Sequence record: NZ_CP049149.1
DNA: 64,000 bases
Direction: 5' to 3' (one strand)
From: a plasmid
The notes beneath the pieces are model-generated. The model worked only from the letters and a program-made list of their open reading frames with translations, searched no databases and had not been told where the DNA came from. Below are positions 9,154 to 18,381 of the stretch, piece after piece; positions within the stretch are counted from its first letter, which is position 1, and each line of letters starts with the position of its first letter. Position numbers and translations under genes: made by a program.

Positions 9154-9512
9154 TGTCCATGAGAATGGGAGACCTTGCAAAGCGCAAAGATCCGGAAGAA
9201 CCGGTAAAAAGCAGCACCCCAATGCGCCAGCCAGTCAGACCGCAGGGGCGTCCGACTCGTGGGAAAGAGAAGATTAAGAGCCGCACAATGTCGCTGGAAG
9301 ACGAGTACTTCGATCTGCTGGAGATGATGAAGTTCATCCCTCGTTTCGAGAAATTCACCCGTTCTGACGTGATTCGTGCAGCCATTTTCCATCTGGCAGA
9401 GAAGTCACCGCAGGAAATCGAGGACATCGTGAAACTGAACGAGGCGATCACCGCTGCCGACGTCACTATGCGCACCGATGAAATTAAGCGTGAGTTGATG
9501 AAAAAAAGTTAA
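9153..9512 (+). CDS. ParG/ParB-like small centromere-binding protein (ribbon-helix-helix)
   Basis: 119 aa with a basic disordered N-terminus and a C-terminal RHH-like segment (MSLEDEYFDLLEMM...). Translationally coupled to parA. Confidence 0.4.
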   Translation: MSMRMGDLAKRKDPEEPVKSSTPMRQPVRPQGRPTRGKEKIKSRTMSLEDEYFDLLEMMKFIPRFEKFTRSDVIRAAIFHLAEKSPQEIEDIVKLNEAITAADVTMRTDEIKRELMKKS

Positions 9513-9515
9513 TTA

Positions 9516-9544
9516 CAGGGGGTGCTTTGCACCCCCTGTTTTAT
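9516..9544 (+). terminator. Rho-independent terminator
   Basis: cagggggtgctttgcaccccctgtttt. Confidence 0.55.
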
Positions 9545-9589
9545 TGTGCTGACAATTACACCAATAAGGCTAATCGAGAAATATCAACC

Positions 9590-10369
9590 ATGGATTCGAT
9601 AACTGTCATTATAACATTGTTTCTTAGTGTTCTATCCTCGTTGGTAGAGAAAATTACTGACTATTTTTCTAGCGGAGTTAGAAGAAAGGATGTAGAAAGA
9701 AAGATTAAAGAATTAGAAGAACAAAGAAATAAAGCCTTGTATTATCACATCAGAAATATAAGATCGCATTCGACTTATGAAGCACTGAATAAATCGTTAG
9801 GAAGTGAGCTTACACATAAAATTATAATTGATACCATGCTGAAGAACGATGAGGTGATTACAAAATGGCAACAGTTGGATTACCTCGTTCAAGAAGATAG
9901 TAAACTCGATAAACTAACCTACGAAGAGTTAAGAGGCTTTATTCTGATTGAGAGAACTATGCGAGAGCGGTTAGAGGCCAAAAAGAAAAACAAAAATGAG
10001 ACCGTGGTTAATTTGTTTTTATTAAGTGAAAAAAACAAAATGCTAAAAACAAAGACCATTTCAGTTCTTACCATGATCCTGAGTGCGGTTGCGGTTGCGT
10101 TTCTTGGGTTACCAATCTGGACAATGTGCATAGGATTGGTGATCTTTCTTCTGGCAGAACTGAAGGATCAGATCGTGAGTTTTCGGGTATCCCGAGGTTT
10201 CTTTGGTACTACCACATCTGAGGCTATTCAGTTAATTAAATTTATCAGAGAAAACTCAGATAAGTTCGATTCCAACAACGGTGATGGGAGACGCAGGAAG
10301 ATTCTTAATCCGGAAAGATTAAACACGAAAGGCGTAAAAGAGGCTGATGGAGGTCTGCAAAATGTTTAA
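9590..10369 (+). CDS. Membrane protein (N-terminal TM, coiled-coil, two C-terminal TMs) in AT-rich island
   Basis: Start ATG at 9590 (MDSITVIITLF...). About 37% GC. Hydrophobic segments at the N-terminus and at ISVLTMILSAVAVAFLGLPIWTMCIGLVIFLL. Confidence 0.4.
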   Translation: MDSITVIITLFLSVLSSLVEKITDYFSSGVRRKDVERKIKELEEQRNKALYYHIRNIRSHSTYEALNKSLGSELTHKIIIDTMLKNDEVITKWQQLDYLVQEDSKLDKLTYEELRGFILIERTMRERLEAKKKNKNETVVNLFLLSEKNKMLKTKTISVLTMILSAVAVAFLGLPIWTMCIGLVIFLLAELKDQIVSFRVSRGFFGTTTSEAIQLIKFIRENSDKFDSNNGDGRRRKILNPERLNTKGVKEADGGLQNV

Positions 10370-10772
10370 TGCAGATACTATATCAAAACGAGTTAGTCAG
10401 TGTCTTGATATTCTATTTTTGAGACAACCATTACGCACCGCTTTCGGTTTTCTTGTGGGTTTTATTATTTATACCTGTGTATATTCATTTCGATTGATTA
10501 TTGCGGCAAACTGGTTTGAGGTTGACACGGTTCATTACACTGCATGTTTCGTGCTTGGCATCTTGCTGGTACACGGCAGGACGCTTGTTGATGTATATCG
10601 TGGTACTGCTATTGACGAAGAAATAAATACTCTTCTTAACGCTATAAGCCGACGTACAGATTTGTCAAAAGAGCAGAAAAGAATGATGATTGCGGAGGTT
10701 CTCCAGTCGGAAATTTCTAAGTTAGGCAAGAAAGGATTAGAACAGGTTGCCCAAAGTGTAGTTGAAAAGTAG
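10362..10772 (+). CDS. Small two-TM membrane protein, translationally coupled to the preceding gene
   Basis: RBS gatggagg. Overlaps the upstream stop codon. TM segments FGFLVGFIIYTCVYSF and ACFVLGILLV. Confidence 0.4.
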   Translation: MFNADTISKRVSQCLDILFLRQPLRTAFGFLVGFIIYTCVYSFRLIIAANWFEVDTVHYTACFVLGILLVHGRTLVDVYRGTAIDEEINTLLNAISRRTDLSKEQKRMMIAEVLQSEISKLGKKGLEQVAQSVVEK

Positions 10773-10790
10773 ATTTTCGATTCATTCAAG

Positions 10791-10850
10791 GACCTGCTTC
10801 TATATATATAAATACTAAGTTACTTATTATTATTTATACGGAAGCAGGTC
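10791..10850 (+). repeat. Large hairpin (10-bp GC stem, 40-nt AT loop containing TATAAATA) followed by a T-run; one of two related elements
   Basis: gacctgcttc...tatatatataaatactaagttacttattattatttatacg...gaagcaggtc ttttt. Related copy at 62250-62306. Confidence 0.4.
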
Positions 10851-10958
10851 TTTTTCTGTGCCAACTTCCCAGACACATTCCCTTCAGTTGCCACTTCCAA
10901 AAGCTGTCTCCAGTCGCTATGATTCGCCCACTATGATAAGTAAGTATCTACCTATCGA

Positions 10959-11693
10959 GTGGAGCACATGAGCCAGATCTTCTTTAAAACTATTAACAAC
11001 GACCAGTACGACTTCATGACCGAGTGGGACACCACAGTCATGGACAAGTGGGTGGCCGAGAATATTGGGATGTCACGCTGCAAGGATGAGGCGGAGCTGT
11101 TCGAGACAAAGTGGTTTGATTACCGCGACATGCACCCGCTTATGGCCACATGCCTCTTCACTGAGGCATACAAGCGCCAGTACTCATACATCATGCTGTC
11201 GCATGGCCGCGAACATTATGAGACGGCCCAATTCACTACCGGTTTGAAACGTGTGCCGTATCAGGAGCTGTCGACGGCCAACAAAACGTCTCTCTGGAAA
11301 GCACGCCAGTTTGCCGATCAGTACTGCTGCTCTTATGACTACTTCATTTCTACCGTTCTTTCCGCAGCTGCACGCCGTCTGTGGGACAAATTACCTCGCC
11401 CCCAGCATCTGTGGCAGCCCGAGCTGATCGAGATATTCGAAGAGAAGTTAGCCAAACGCGCTGTAACCCGTCTGGATGACTCTCTGGTGAGTTTTAAGCA
11501 TCTGGGAGACATGCAGCACGACCCGATTCAAGAACGCTATTTTGAGTGGGTTCTGGAGCGTCTGCGTGGCATTACCCGAGACAAACGTGTCCGCATCATC
11601 TTCTCCGCTGTCTGGTTGATGGAAATCGTGCCTGAGCGTGTGATTTACGCGCACTTTCCGGAAGAACTGGAAGAAGCACGGCGATTCTGTTGA
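10959..11693 (+). CDS. Hypothetical protein
   Basis: 244-aa ORF with good coding statistics. No recognisable motif. Confidence 0.45.
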   Translation: MEHMSQIFFKTINNDQYDFMTEWDTTVMDKWVAENIGMSRCKDEAELFETKWFDYRDMHPLMATCLFTEAYKRQYSYIMLSHGREHYETAQFTTGLKRVPYQELSTANKTSLWKARQFADQYCCSYDYFISTVLSAAARRLWDKLPRPQHLWQPELIEIFEEKLAKRAVTRLDDSLVSFKHLGDMQHDPIQERYFEWVLERLRGITRDKRVRIIFSAVWLMEIVPERVIYAHFPEELEEARRFC

Positions 11694-11719
11694 TCCCCTA
11701 TTTGGCTTTTTTATTATTA

Positions 11720-11734
11720 GAAAACAAATTGTTT
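11720..11734. promoter_or_regulatory. Palindromic motif GAAAACAAATTGTTT, 20 nt upstream of the helicase start
   Basis: AAAACAAnTTGTTT family. Confidence 0.35.
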
Positions 11735-11753
11735 AAGCACCAAAGGAAAGCAC

Positions 11754-13094
11754 ATGACCGAACTTTGCCACACAGGACGAGGGTTGTCTGAAGAGTTCGA
11801 CGACGACTTCCAGAATCGACTCGCAGCCTACTTCTGTCGCGACCATGAATTTCTGACTCGCGCCGGTGATCTGGTTGCGCCAAACCAGTTCTCCAATGCG
11901 GCCAACGCCATTCTGGTGAACATGGTGTCGGGCTACTACAGAATGTATAAGAGCGCACCTTCGTCGTCGGCCATCCTCGACATGCTCAAACGCGCCAAAC
12001 GCGATAAGACGATCCGCGAAGAGCTGTTCCCCGATGTTGTAGAGGCGTTTAAGCGGATTCTCGCTGAGAAGCTGTCAGACACGGCGTACATGGTCGACCA
12101 GGTGGCCACATTCGCAAAAAGCGTAGCTTTCGACGACGCGCTGATTAAAGCGGCCGAAATGAAGGAGAAGGGCGATTTTCAGGGCGCGATGGCGATCATG
12201 GCCAAAGTTCAGCAGATTGGCTCGAACGAAGCCACCGGCATCTACGACTACTTCACCGCGGCCGGGGAGCGATACAAAGCGCGCGAGTATGAAGCCTCTG
12301 ATGATTATGTGCCAAACAGCATCACTACCGGTCTCCCACTGCTCGACAAATTGCTTTATCAGAAAGGCTGGGCGAAGCGTGAAATGGTTCTTTTTATGGG
12401 ATTCGCCAAGTCGGGCAAGTCAACGGCTATGGGGGAGTTCTCCATTAACGCCACGCTGGCGGGTTACAACGTGCTTTACCTGTCACTGGAGGTTCACACA
12501 TCAATCCTCTCTGACCGTTTCGACGCCCGTCTGTCAGAAACCGAAATGTCCAGACTGGTTGAACGCCGCGACGATGTGCATCGTAAGCTGGCAGAGCTGG
12601 GCGCGACCAAAGGCATCGGGAGCTTGTGGATTGTCGAGCGCCCGTCCGGAAGCATGTCGCCGGCAGATCTGGATCGTATGCTGGGCAGTATGAAGGCCAA
12701 TGGCATGATCCCCGATATGGTGGTGGTGGACTATGCCGACCTGATGCGCGCCAGCTACGACCTCCGCGATGACCGCGCCAATATCCGCAGCATCTACACA
12801 GATCTGCGTGCGCTCTATGACAAGCACAACGTGGCCGGTATTACCGCGTCCCAGACGAACAGGGAGGGTGGCGCCTCTGAGGTCGCAACAATGATGCACG
12901 CAGCTGACAACATCGAGAAGGTTCGTATCGCTGACCTTGTCATTACGATTAACAAAACCGAAGAAGAGGAGGCTAAAGGCGAAGCGCGGCTGTTTTTCGC
13001 TGGCTCACGTAACCAGAGAGGTGGGGTGAGTATTCGCGTTAAGCAGAACCTGGAGCAAATGCGCTTTATTGAACGCATTATGGATGTGATTTAA
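11754..13094 (+). CDS. DnaB-like replicative helicase
   Basis: Walker A GFAKSGKST and Walker B VVVDYADLM. RecA-like C-terminal domain with the arginine-finger region. 446 aa. Confidence 0.7.
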   Translation: MTELCHTGRGLSEEFDDDFQNRLAAYFCRDHEFLTRAGDLVAPNQFSNAANAILVNMVSGYYRMYKSAPSSSAILDMLKRAKRDKTIREELFPDVVEAFKRILAEKLSDTAYMVDQVATFAKSVAFDDALIKAAEMKEKGDFQGAMAIMAKVQQIGSNEATGIYDYFTAAGERYKAREYEASDDYVPNSITTGLPLLDKLLYQKGWAKREMVLFMGFAKSGKSTAMGEFSINATLAGYNVLYLSLEVHTSILSDRFDARLSETEMSRLVERRDDVHRKLAELGATKGIGSLWIVERPSGSMSPADLDRMLGSMKANGMIPDMVVVDYADLMRASYDLRDDRANIRSIYTDLRALYDKHNVAGITASQTNREGGASEVATMMHAADNIEKVRIADLVITINKTEEEEAKGEARLFFAGSRNQRGGVSIRVKQNLEQMRFIERIMDVI

Positions 13095-13270
13095 GGATCA
13101 AAAAGGAAAAGCGTGGAGAGGCATTCGAACCACGCCCCTTCTCAACAGAGAAGTCACAGAGCAAAACTTCGCTGATTCCACCTGAGTGAAAACAGAGGGA
13201 TTTAATGGTATGCAAAAGGTAGGGGTTTTCAACATGTTGGTTTGTATGGCTTTGAAAAATACTGTAAAAA

Positions 13271-14386
13271 ATGAGCGATCTTAAAGAACTGCTAACCGAG
13301 CTGGATTTTGAACAATGGCTCGATACAGAAGGTGTGGTTTATCGTCGTGGCGGGATCAGCGCACGAGGAAGAGAAGTTAATATCAAAGAGTGCCCTGTTT
13401 GCGGTAGTTCTAACTGGAAAGTGTATTTCAACCTCACCCATAGCGTTGGAAAATGCTTTGCTGGCGACCACCCCGAAGAGATTCAATTCAACAAGCTGGT
13501 CTTCCTCAAGCATTACAGCGGCAAATCTCGCCGTGATTTTGAAGAGTACGTCCAGAACGCACTCATCTCGCAGGGCTGGGCACCAAAGAAAGAAGAGGTT
13601 GTGCTTGCCAGTACTGTAGAGCTGGAGGGGCCGGTTGCTCTTCCGCGACATTATGAGCTTCCTGTCGATGGGCGTCTCCCTGATTATCTGGTCGAACGTC
13701 AGGTCTCCGCTGAGATGGCCAGGTATTTTGATTTGCGTTATTGCGTTGAGGGTAAACACGCCTATGTCGACCCATACACCGACCAGGTCAAAGGACAGGT
13801 TTTTGATATGCGTATCCTGTTACCGGTTTATGATCTGGATGGCGTAATGAAGACGTTTCAGGGGCGCGATGTCACCGGAACCGCAGAACGTCGCTATCTC
13901 TTCCCCATGCAGCTGCCAGCATCCGGTAAGTTTCTCTACAACGGCCATAACGCTGTGGGGAAACAGACGGTCGTGGTGTGTGAAGGGGCGTTTGACGTGA
14001 TGGGCGTGAAGCGCGCCATCTTCGAAGAAGAGACGCTGCGGGATTACGTGGAGCCTATTGGCACGTTCGGGATGCACTTGTCCGGAAACACCACTGAGGA
14101 TGCTGAAGATCAGCTTGGCGCATTCCTGACGCTTAAAGCGCGTGGACTGCGCAACGTCATCATGATGTGGGATAGCGAAAAACAAGCGATCCGCAACACA
14201 ATGTCGGCAGCCAGACGACTTACCAGTCTTGGGTTAAACGTCAAAGTGGCTTGTCTTGGCGAGGAAGGATTAGACCCTGGCGATGCTACGCCAGAGCAGA
14301 TCCTGAAGGCCTATTACCGCGCCAAACCGTACACACGGCAGCTTGAGCTGAAAAGCAAAGTAATGGGGATTCAGGCGTTGTTATAA
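13271..14386 (+). CDS. DNA primase (zinc-binding domain plus TOPRIM)
   Basis: N-terminal CPVCGSS..KC..GDH zinc ribbon. TOPRIM VVVCEGAFDVMG. Acidic motif MMWDSEK. Confidence 0.6.
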   Translation: MSDLKELLTELDFEQWLDTEGVVYRRGGISARGREVNIKECPVCGSSNWKVYFNLTHSVGKCFAGDHPEEIQFNKLVFLKHYSGKSRRDFEEYVQNALISQGWAPKKEEVVLASTVELEGPVALPRHYELPVDGRLPDYLVERQVSAEMARYFDLRYCVEGKHAYVDPYTDQVKGQVFDMRILLPVYDLDGVMKTFQGRDVTGTAERRYLFPMQLPASGKFLYNGHNAVGKQTVVVCEGAFDVMGVKRAIFEEETLRDYVEPIGTFGMHLSGNTTEDAEDQLGAFLTLKARGLRNVIMMWDSEKQAIRNTMSAARRLTSLGLNVKVACLGEEGLDPGDATPEQILKAYYRAKPYTRQLELKSKVMGIQALL

Positions 14387-14418
14387 CTCAATAGTTAACA
14401 GAGTTCTTGGACTACAAC

Positions 14419-14835
14419 ATGAGCAAAAAGATATTTATTGCTGCCGCTTCTATATCAATGGCCTTTATGCTTTCTGGTTGCCAACCGAGTGATTCAAAGG
14501 CCATAAGCTTAGGTCAAAAGGAAATCACCTATGCGATGAAAGACCCCACGTCGGTGATATTCAGGAATGATAAGTTTGTCGGCCGCAAAGAGCACGATGA
14601 TGGCAAAGTCACAGGATATGTTTGCGGGGAAGTTAACGCCAAAAACGCTTTCGGGGCATACGCTGGCTTTTCCTCATATGTTGTTGAGCTTGAAATGAGA
14701 CCCAAAGACTATTCCCCCATCGGCGTAAACTACAAAGTAATAATGATGAGTATCGCGCCATCAGAGCCGCACGAGCTGCAACGATACAAGCAGTACTACA
14801 GAGAAATCTGCCAGGCAGAAGCCATCCGCATGTAA
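14419..14835 (+). CDS. Lipoprotein, hypothetical
   Basis: Signal peptide plus lipobox LSGC (MSKKIFIAAASISMAFMLSGC). Confidence 0.45.
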   Translation: MSKKIFIAAASISMAFMLSGCQPSDSKAISLGQKEITYAMKDPTSVIFRNDKFVGRKEHDDGKVTGYVCGEVNAKNAFGAYAGFSSYVVELEMRPKDYSPIGVNYKVIMMSIAPSEPHELQRYKQYYREICQAEAIRM

Positions 14836-14841
14836 CCCGCC

Positions 14842-14875
14842 CAGCCCGGTCTCGTGAAGATGCCGGGCTTCTTTT
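14842..14875 (+). terminator. Rho-independent terminator
   Basis: agcccggtctcgtgaagatgccgggcttctttt. Confidence 0.45.
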
Positions 14876-14962
14876 AGCCATTCTCCACTCTCGCCGATAA
14901 ATGTAAGTAGATACATACTTATTTTTTTGTAAAATATGCGCATTGGTGATTGAGGAAGACCG

Positions 14963-15757
14963 ATGAAAGAAGAAATCCAAAAAGCTGTCCTGGAACTGAT
15001 CAGCAAGTCAGCTGTAGAAATTGACAATGCAGATCGTCAAACCATCGTCGATGAGGCCATTCGCACCGCTCTGGAGCACATCGCAGAAACCGTTAACACA
15101 GTACCGCTGGCAAAAGGCTCGCCCTATATGAACATATGGGTTCGCTTCGGAATGTCACCGGAGCTGCCGGGCGTTGGGCAAAAGCGTGCTGCGATGGTGG
15201 CCTTTACCTCTAAAAATCAGGAGGGCATGAAGGTTATGAGAGCGGGTGCCTGGTATAACGGCCGCATCATCTTCACAAACGCCATTATGTGCCGACCGGA
15301 AGAGGAGCTGGAAAATTCCATCAACCTGACCATCAAATCTATAGCCAAAAGAGCAGACGTTGAAGATGACGCGGCGTGCGCAGCCCTCGTCAGCATTATG
15401 GAACAAGACGACCTTGAAGTGCGTACCACCGATCTGATTACGCCACCGGGTATTCTCGATCTGGTGGCCAGCGGCGAAACCAATAAAGCCATAGCGCGCA
15501 TCCGGGAGATGGAGTACGGCACCATTTGCGACATGTGCCGCAGCGATCTGGATCTGGTGCGTATCGTCGTTGATGCAGGCCAGGCCTGCGACGGTGTGAT
15601 GGCGAACTTCTCCTCGATGATTTCCCGCCTGGCCAACAACCTCCCAATGATTAAGCAGGAGGCAAAATCCTACGCCGTTCACCACGCAAACGAGCTACTG
15701 GCTCCGTACCGGTTTGAGGCCGCACAGGACAAGATGACCGGCTGGGCAACCTGGTAA
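14963..15757 (+). CDS. Hypothetical protein
   Basis: 264-aa ORF. RBS gaggaag. Confidence 0.45.
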   Translation: MKEEIQKAVLELISKSAVEIDNADRQTIVDEAIRTALEHIAETVNTVPLAKGSPYMNIWVRFGMSPELPGVGQKRAAMVAFTSKNQEGMKVMRAGAWYNGRIIFTNAIMCRPEEELENSINLTIKSIAKRADVEDDAACAALVSIMEQDDLEVRTTDLITPPGILDLVASGETNKAIARIREMEYGTICDMCRSDLDLVRIVVDAGQACDGVMANFSSMISRLANNLPMIKQEAKSYAVHHANELLAPYRFEAAQDKMTGWATW

Positions 15758-15838
15758 GCCTGAACAAATCTCTTAGCCCCCGCGTGGGGCTTTTTTAAAC
15801 TTTTCTCGTTAAGTAAGTACACGATTACGGTTTGAAAT

Positions 15839-16303
15839 ATGGCTTCAAAAACAGACTTTACGAAAATCCCCTCTATCTCCGGAAACAATGGCTACTCGCT
15901 GCGCTGTCCGGAAGTAAAAATTCAGGGGCAGGACGCGTATTGCAGCTACACCGTCTGTCAGCACACCATCCTTGCCTACAAAGAGAACCGCTTGCCCGTG
16001 ACTTCTTTCACATCCTGCGCCACTGCTATCGCAGCCGGGAAATGCCAGGCGCTCAAGATGATGGTGGAAGAGATCCGCAAAGGCGAGTCGATTTATTACA
16101 TCGATATGCCAGCGCTCATCCGAGAAATCGAAGAGCGCAACCTAAACGCCACCTCTCTCTCCCGCAAGCGCGAAGCCACCACGATAAGCAATCTGGTTCA
16201 GCGCGTGAAGAAGAAACCAGAAACCACATCCCCCGATTCGCTCGCGCCTGTCACTGACGTGTACGCGGCGCTGGTGGAAGCAGCAGTAAAAGAAAGCACA
16301 TGA
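15839..16303 (+). CDS. Hypothetical Cys-rich protein
   Basis: 154-aa ORF. A terminator at 15784-15806 precedes it. Confidence 0.4.
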   Translation: MASKTDFTKIPSISGNNGYSLRCPEVKIQGQDAYCSYTVCQHTILAYKENRLPVTSFTSCATAIAAGKCQALKMMVEEIRKGESIYYIDMPALIREIEERNLNATSLSRKREATTISNLVQRVKKKPETTSPDSLAPVTDVYAALVEAAVKEST

Positions 16304-16337
16304 GAACTCCTGATTGACCAGTGGAGGTTAACAAAAA

Positions 16338-17660
16338 ATGGAAAAACTAATCGTTTTAAAGCACAAGCTGGATGACATAAAGCCAATGGGAACCAACGCC
16401 AAACGAGAGGCGCTGGCCAATATGGATGACTTCGAGCAAAGCATGGTTGCTCTGATGCTCAACCCGTTCATTCGATTCGGGGTGAAAAAGTACAAAGTGG
16501 CCGCACCGCTTGAAGCGTCTGTGCCCAGCGATCAGACGGTCGTTGAGCTTCTCGAAAAGCTGGCCTCTCGTGAACTAACCGGCAACGCCGCCATTACTGC
16601 GGTCGAGTCTTTGGTTGCCTCAATGTGCGCGGATGGGCAGGACGTATTTCGTCGCTTTCTGCTGAAAGATCCGAAAGCCGGCTTCGGCATTAGCCTCTGC
16701 AACAAGGTTTTCAGGACGCCCATCCCCAAGTTCGAGGTACAGCTGGCGTCTGCGTATAAGGAGAAAGGCGATAAGTACCCTTTCAAGCCAAACCCCAAAG
16801 CCAGATGGCCAATGATTGGGAGCCTTAAACTCGATGGTCTTCGTGTGATCTGCGAAGTCATTGTGGATGAGGAAGAGGTTAACTTTCTGTCACGCACCGG
16901 CAATCCGATTACATCACTGGATCACCTGAAACCAGCCATGCTGGAGCTAGGCAGACTTTCTGGCCACAAACACATCTTTTTTGATGGCGAGGGCACAGCT
17001 GGCTCCTTCAATGAATCGGTGTCGGCGCTGCGGAAGAAAAACGTGAAGGCAATTGGCGCGGTCTACCACGTCTTCGACTTTTTCCTTCCGGAGTGGCGCG
17101 CGATGGCCAAGTCCAAAGAGTACCTGAAGACGGGCATGAAGCTTAAAGAACGTCTGGCTCGCCTGGTGGAGTGGTTCCGCAATACCCGCGGTGAGGACTA
17201 CGCGCCAGATATCCATCTACACCCTTTCTACATCATCCACAGCCATGAAGAGTTCATCGAGCGTTTCATGAAGCGCCTGGATGCGAACGAAGAAGGCGAG
17301 ATGGGCAAAGATCCGGATTCTGTCTATGAGTTCAAGCGCACCCGCAGCTGGTGGAAGTTAAAGGATGAGGATTCCGAAGATGGCGAGATTATTGACTTTG
17401 AGGCAGGCGATCCGGATTCTGGCTTTGCGCATACGCTCGGCAAAATCGTGATTCGTCTGGAGAACGGCGTAGAGGTACGCGCCAGCGGCATTAAGCACAA
17501 GTATCTGGATGAAATCTGGAACAACCAGGGCAAATACCTCGGTCGCATCGTTGAGGTTCACTGCCACGAGAAAACGCCAGACGGAAGCCTGCGCCACCCG
17601 CGTCTGAAATGGCCGAATTGTCTGCGCGATACCGAAGATCGGATTGGAGATAAAGACTGA
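16338..17660 (+). CDS. ATP-dependent DNA ligase
   Basis: Adenylation motif I SLKLDGLRV (KxDG). 440 aa. RBS ggagg. Confidence 0.65.
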   Translation: MEKLIVLKHKLDDIKPMGTNAKREALANMDDFEQSMVALMLNPFIRFGVKKYKVAAPLEASVPSDQTVVELLEKLASRELTGNAAITAVESLVASMCADGQDVFRRFLLKDPKAGFGISLCNKVFRTPIPKFEVQLASAYKEKGDKYPFKPNPKARWPMIGSLKLDGLRVICEVIVDEEEVNFLSRTGNPITSLDHLKPAMLELGRLSGHKHIFFDGEGTAGSFNESVSALRKKNVKAIGAVYHVFDFFLPEWRAMAKSKEYLKTGMKLKERLARLVEWFRNTRGEDYAPDIHLHPFYIIHSHEEFIERFMKRLDANEEGEMGKDPDSVYEFKRTRSWWKLKDEDSEDGEIIDFEAGDPDSGFAHTLGKIVIRLENGVEVRASGIKHKYLDEIWNNQGKYLGRIVEVHCHEKTPDGSLRHPRLKWPNCLRDTEDRIGDKD

Positions 17661-17836
17661 TGCTCGGCTGGATGCTGCTGTATTTGCTCATTGGCATCAT
17701 CATTGGCGGCCTCATTATGGCTGACCGCATCAGCGATTACGTGAAAGCGGGAGTGATGGAGAGAAGAGGGCGTATTTATCGCATCGTCGATGTGACTGAC
17801 ACGTTTAAGGAGATAAAGGATGATCATGTTAAGTAA
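17660..17836 (+). CDS. Small single-TM protein (58 aa), paralogue of 18032-18184
   Basis: ATGA overlap with the ligase stop codon. MLGWMLLYLLIGIIIGGLIM... ending in RIYRIVDVTD. Not in the ORF track because it is shorter than 60 aa. Confidence 0.35.
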   Translation: MLGWMLLYLLIGIIIGGLIMADRISDYVKAGVMERRGRIYRIVDVTDTFKEIKDDHVK

Positions 17837-18035
17837 ACGAGAAAGGGAAACACTAAGAGAAATCAGCAAATGGTCGCGCTTCTATGCGCACTGGCAACCA
17901 AAAACGCGCGCCAAACTGGAGCGGATGAACCTGGTGGCCAACGTAGAGCCGAACGGCAAACCCGAGAACTACCAGCTGACCAATAAAGGACGCCAGCTGC
18001 TGCAACAACTTATCGAGGCGGGGGTATACGCATGA
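17820..18035 (+). CDS. Hypothetical small protein
   Basis: RBS aaggag. 71 aa, basic. Confidence 0.35.
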   Translation: MIMLSKRERETLREISKWSRFYAHWQPKTRAKLERMNLVANVEPNGKPENYQLTNKGRQLLQQLIEAGVYA

Positions 18036-18184
18036 TTCCATACATCGTGTTGTCTTTTGCAATCGGCGCCGCCCTCGGCTTCATCATCTGTCATGACATG
18101 GTCAAGCAGGAACTGAAAACCAAAACGCTGCGCATCGGAAACCGAGTCTACCGCGTAGTTCACGAAACAGGAGTTAAAAAATGA
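18032..18184 (+). CDS. Small single-TM protein (50 aa), paralogue of 17660-17836
   Basis: MIPYIVLSFAIGAALGFIICHDM... ending in RVYRVVHETG. ATGA overlaps with both neighbouring genes. Confidence 0.35.
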   Translation: MIPYIVLSFAIGAALGFIICHDMVKQELKTKTLRIGNRVYRVVHETGVKK

Positions 18185-18381
18185 GTGAGACATCAACGCT
18201 GGATTTCTGCCTGGCAACTTATTTGATCGCTTCCGGCATCGCTGTAGCCGCAACCATCGGCCAATATATCGTTAAGTTGCTTCTCATAAAGTTCGCCAGC
18301 CATAAGCGAATTGAAGACACTCTGTGGCGTCTCGGCTCGTTACTGGAGTTGCGTTTTGGCGAGCTGAAAGAGGGTAAGTAA
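18181..18381 (+). CDS. Small membrane protein
   Basis: 66 aa. Hydrophobic N-terminus LATYLIASGIAVAATIG. Confidence 0.35.
   Translation: MSETSTLDFCLATYLIASGIAVAATIGQYIVKLLLIKFASHKRIEDTLWRLGSLLELRFGELKEGK

Noticed and set aside
9527-9589. ORF-track start at 9527 for the first membrane protein
   Set aside because: That 'start' is a TTG lying inside the parG terminator hairpin. The first ATG with sensible context is at 9590.
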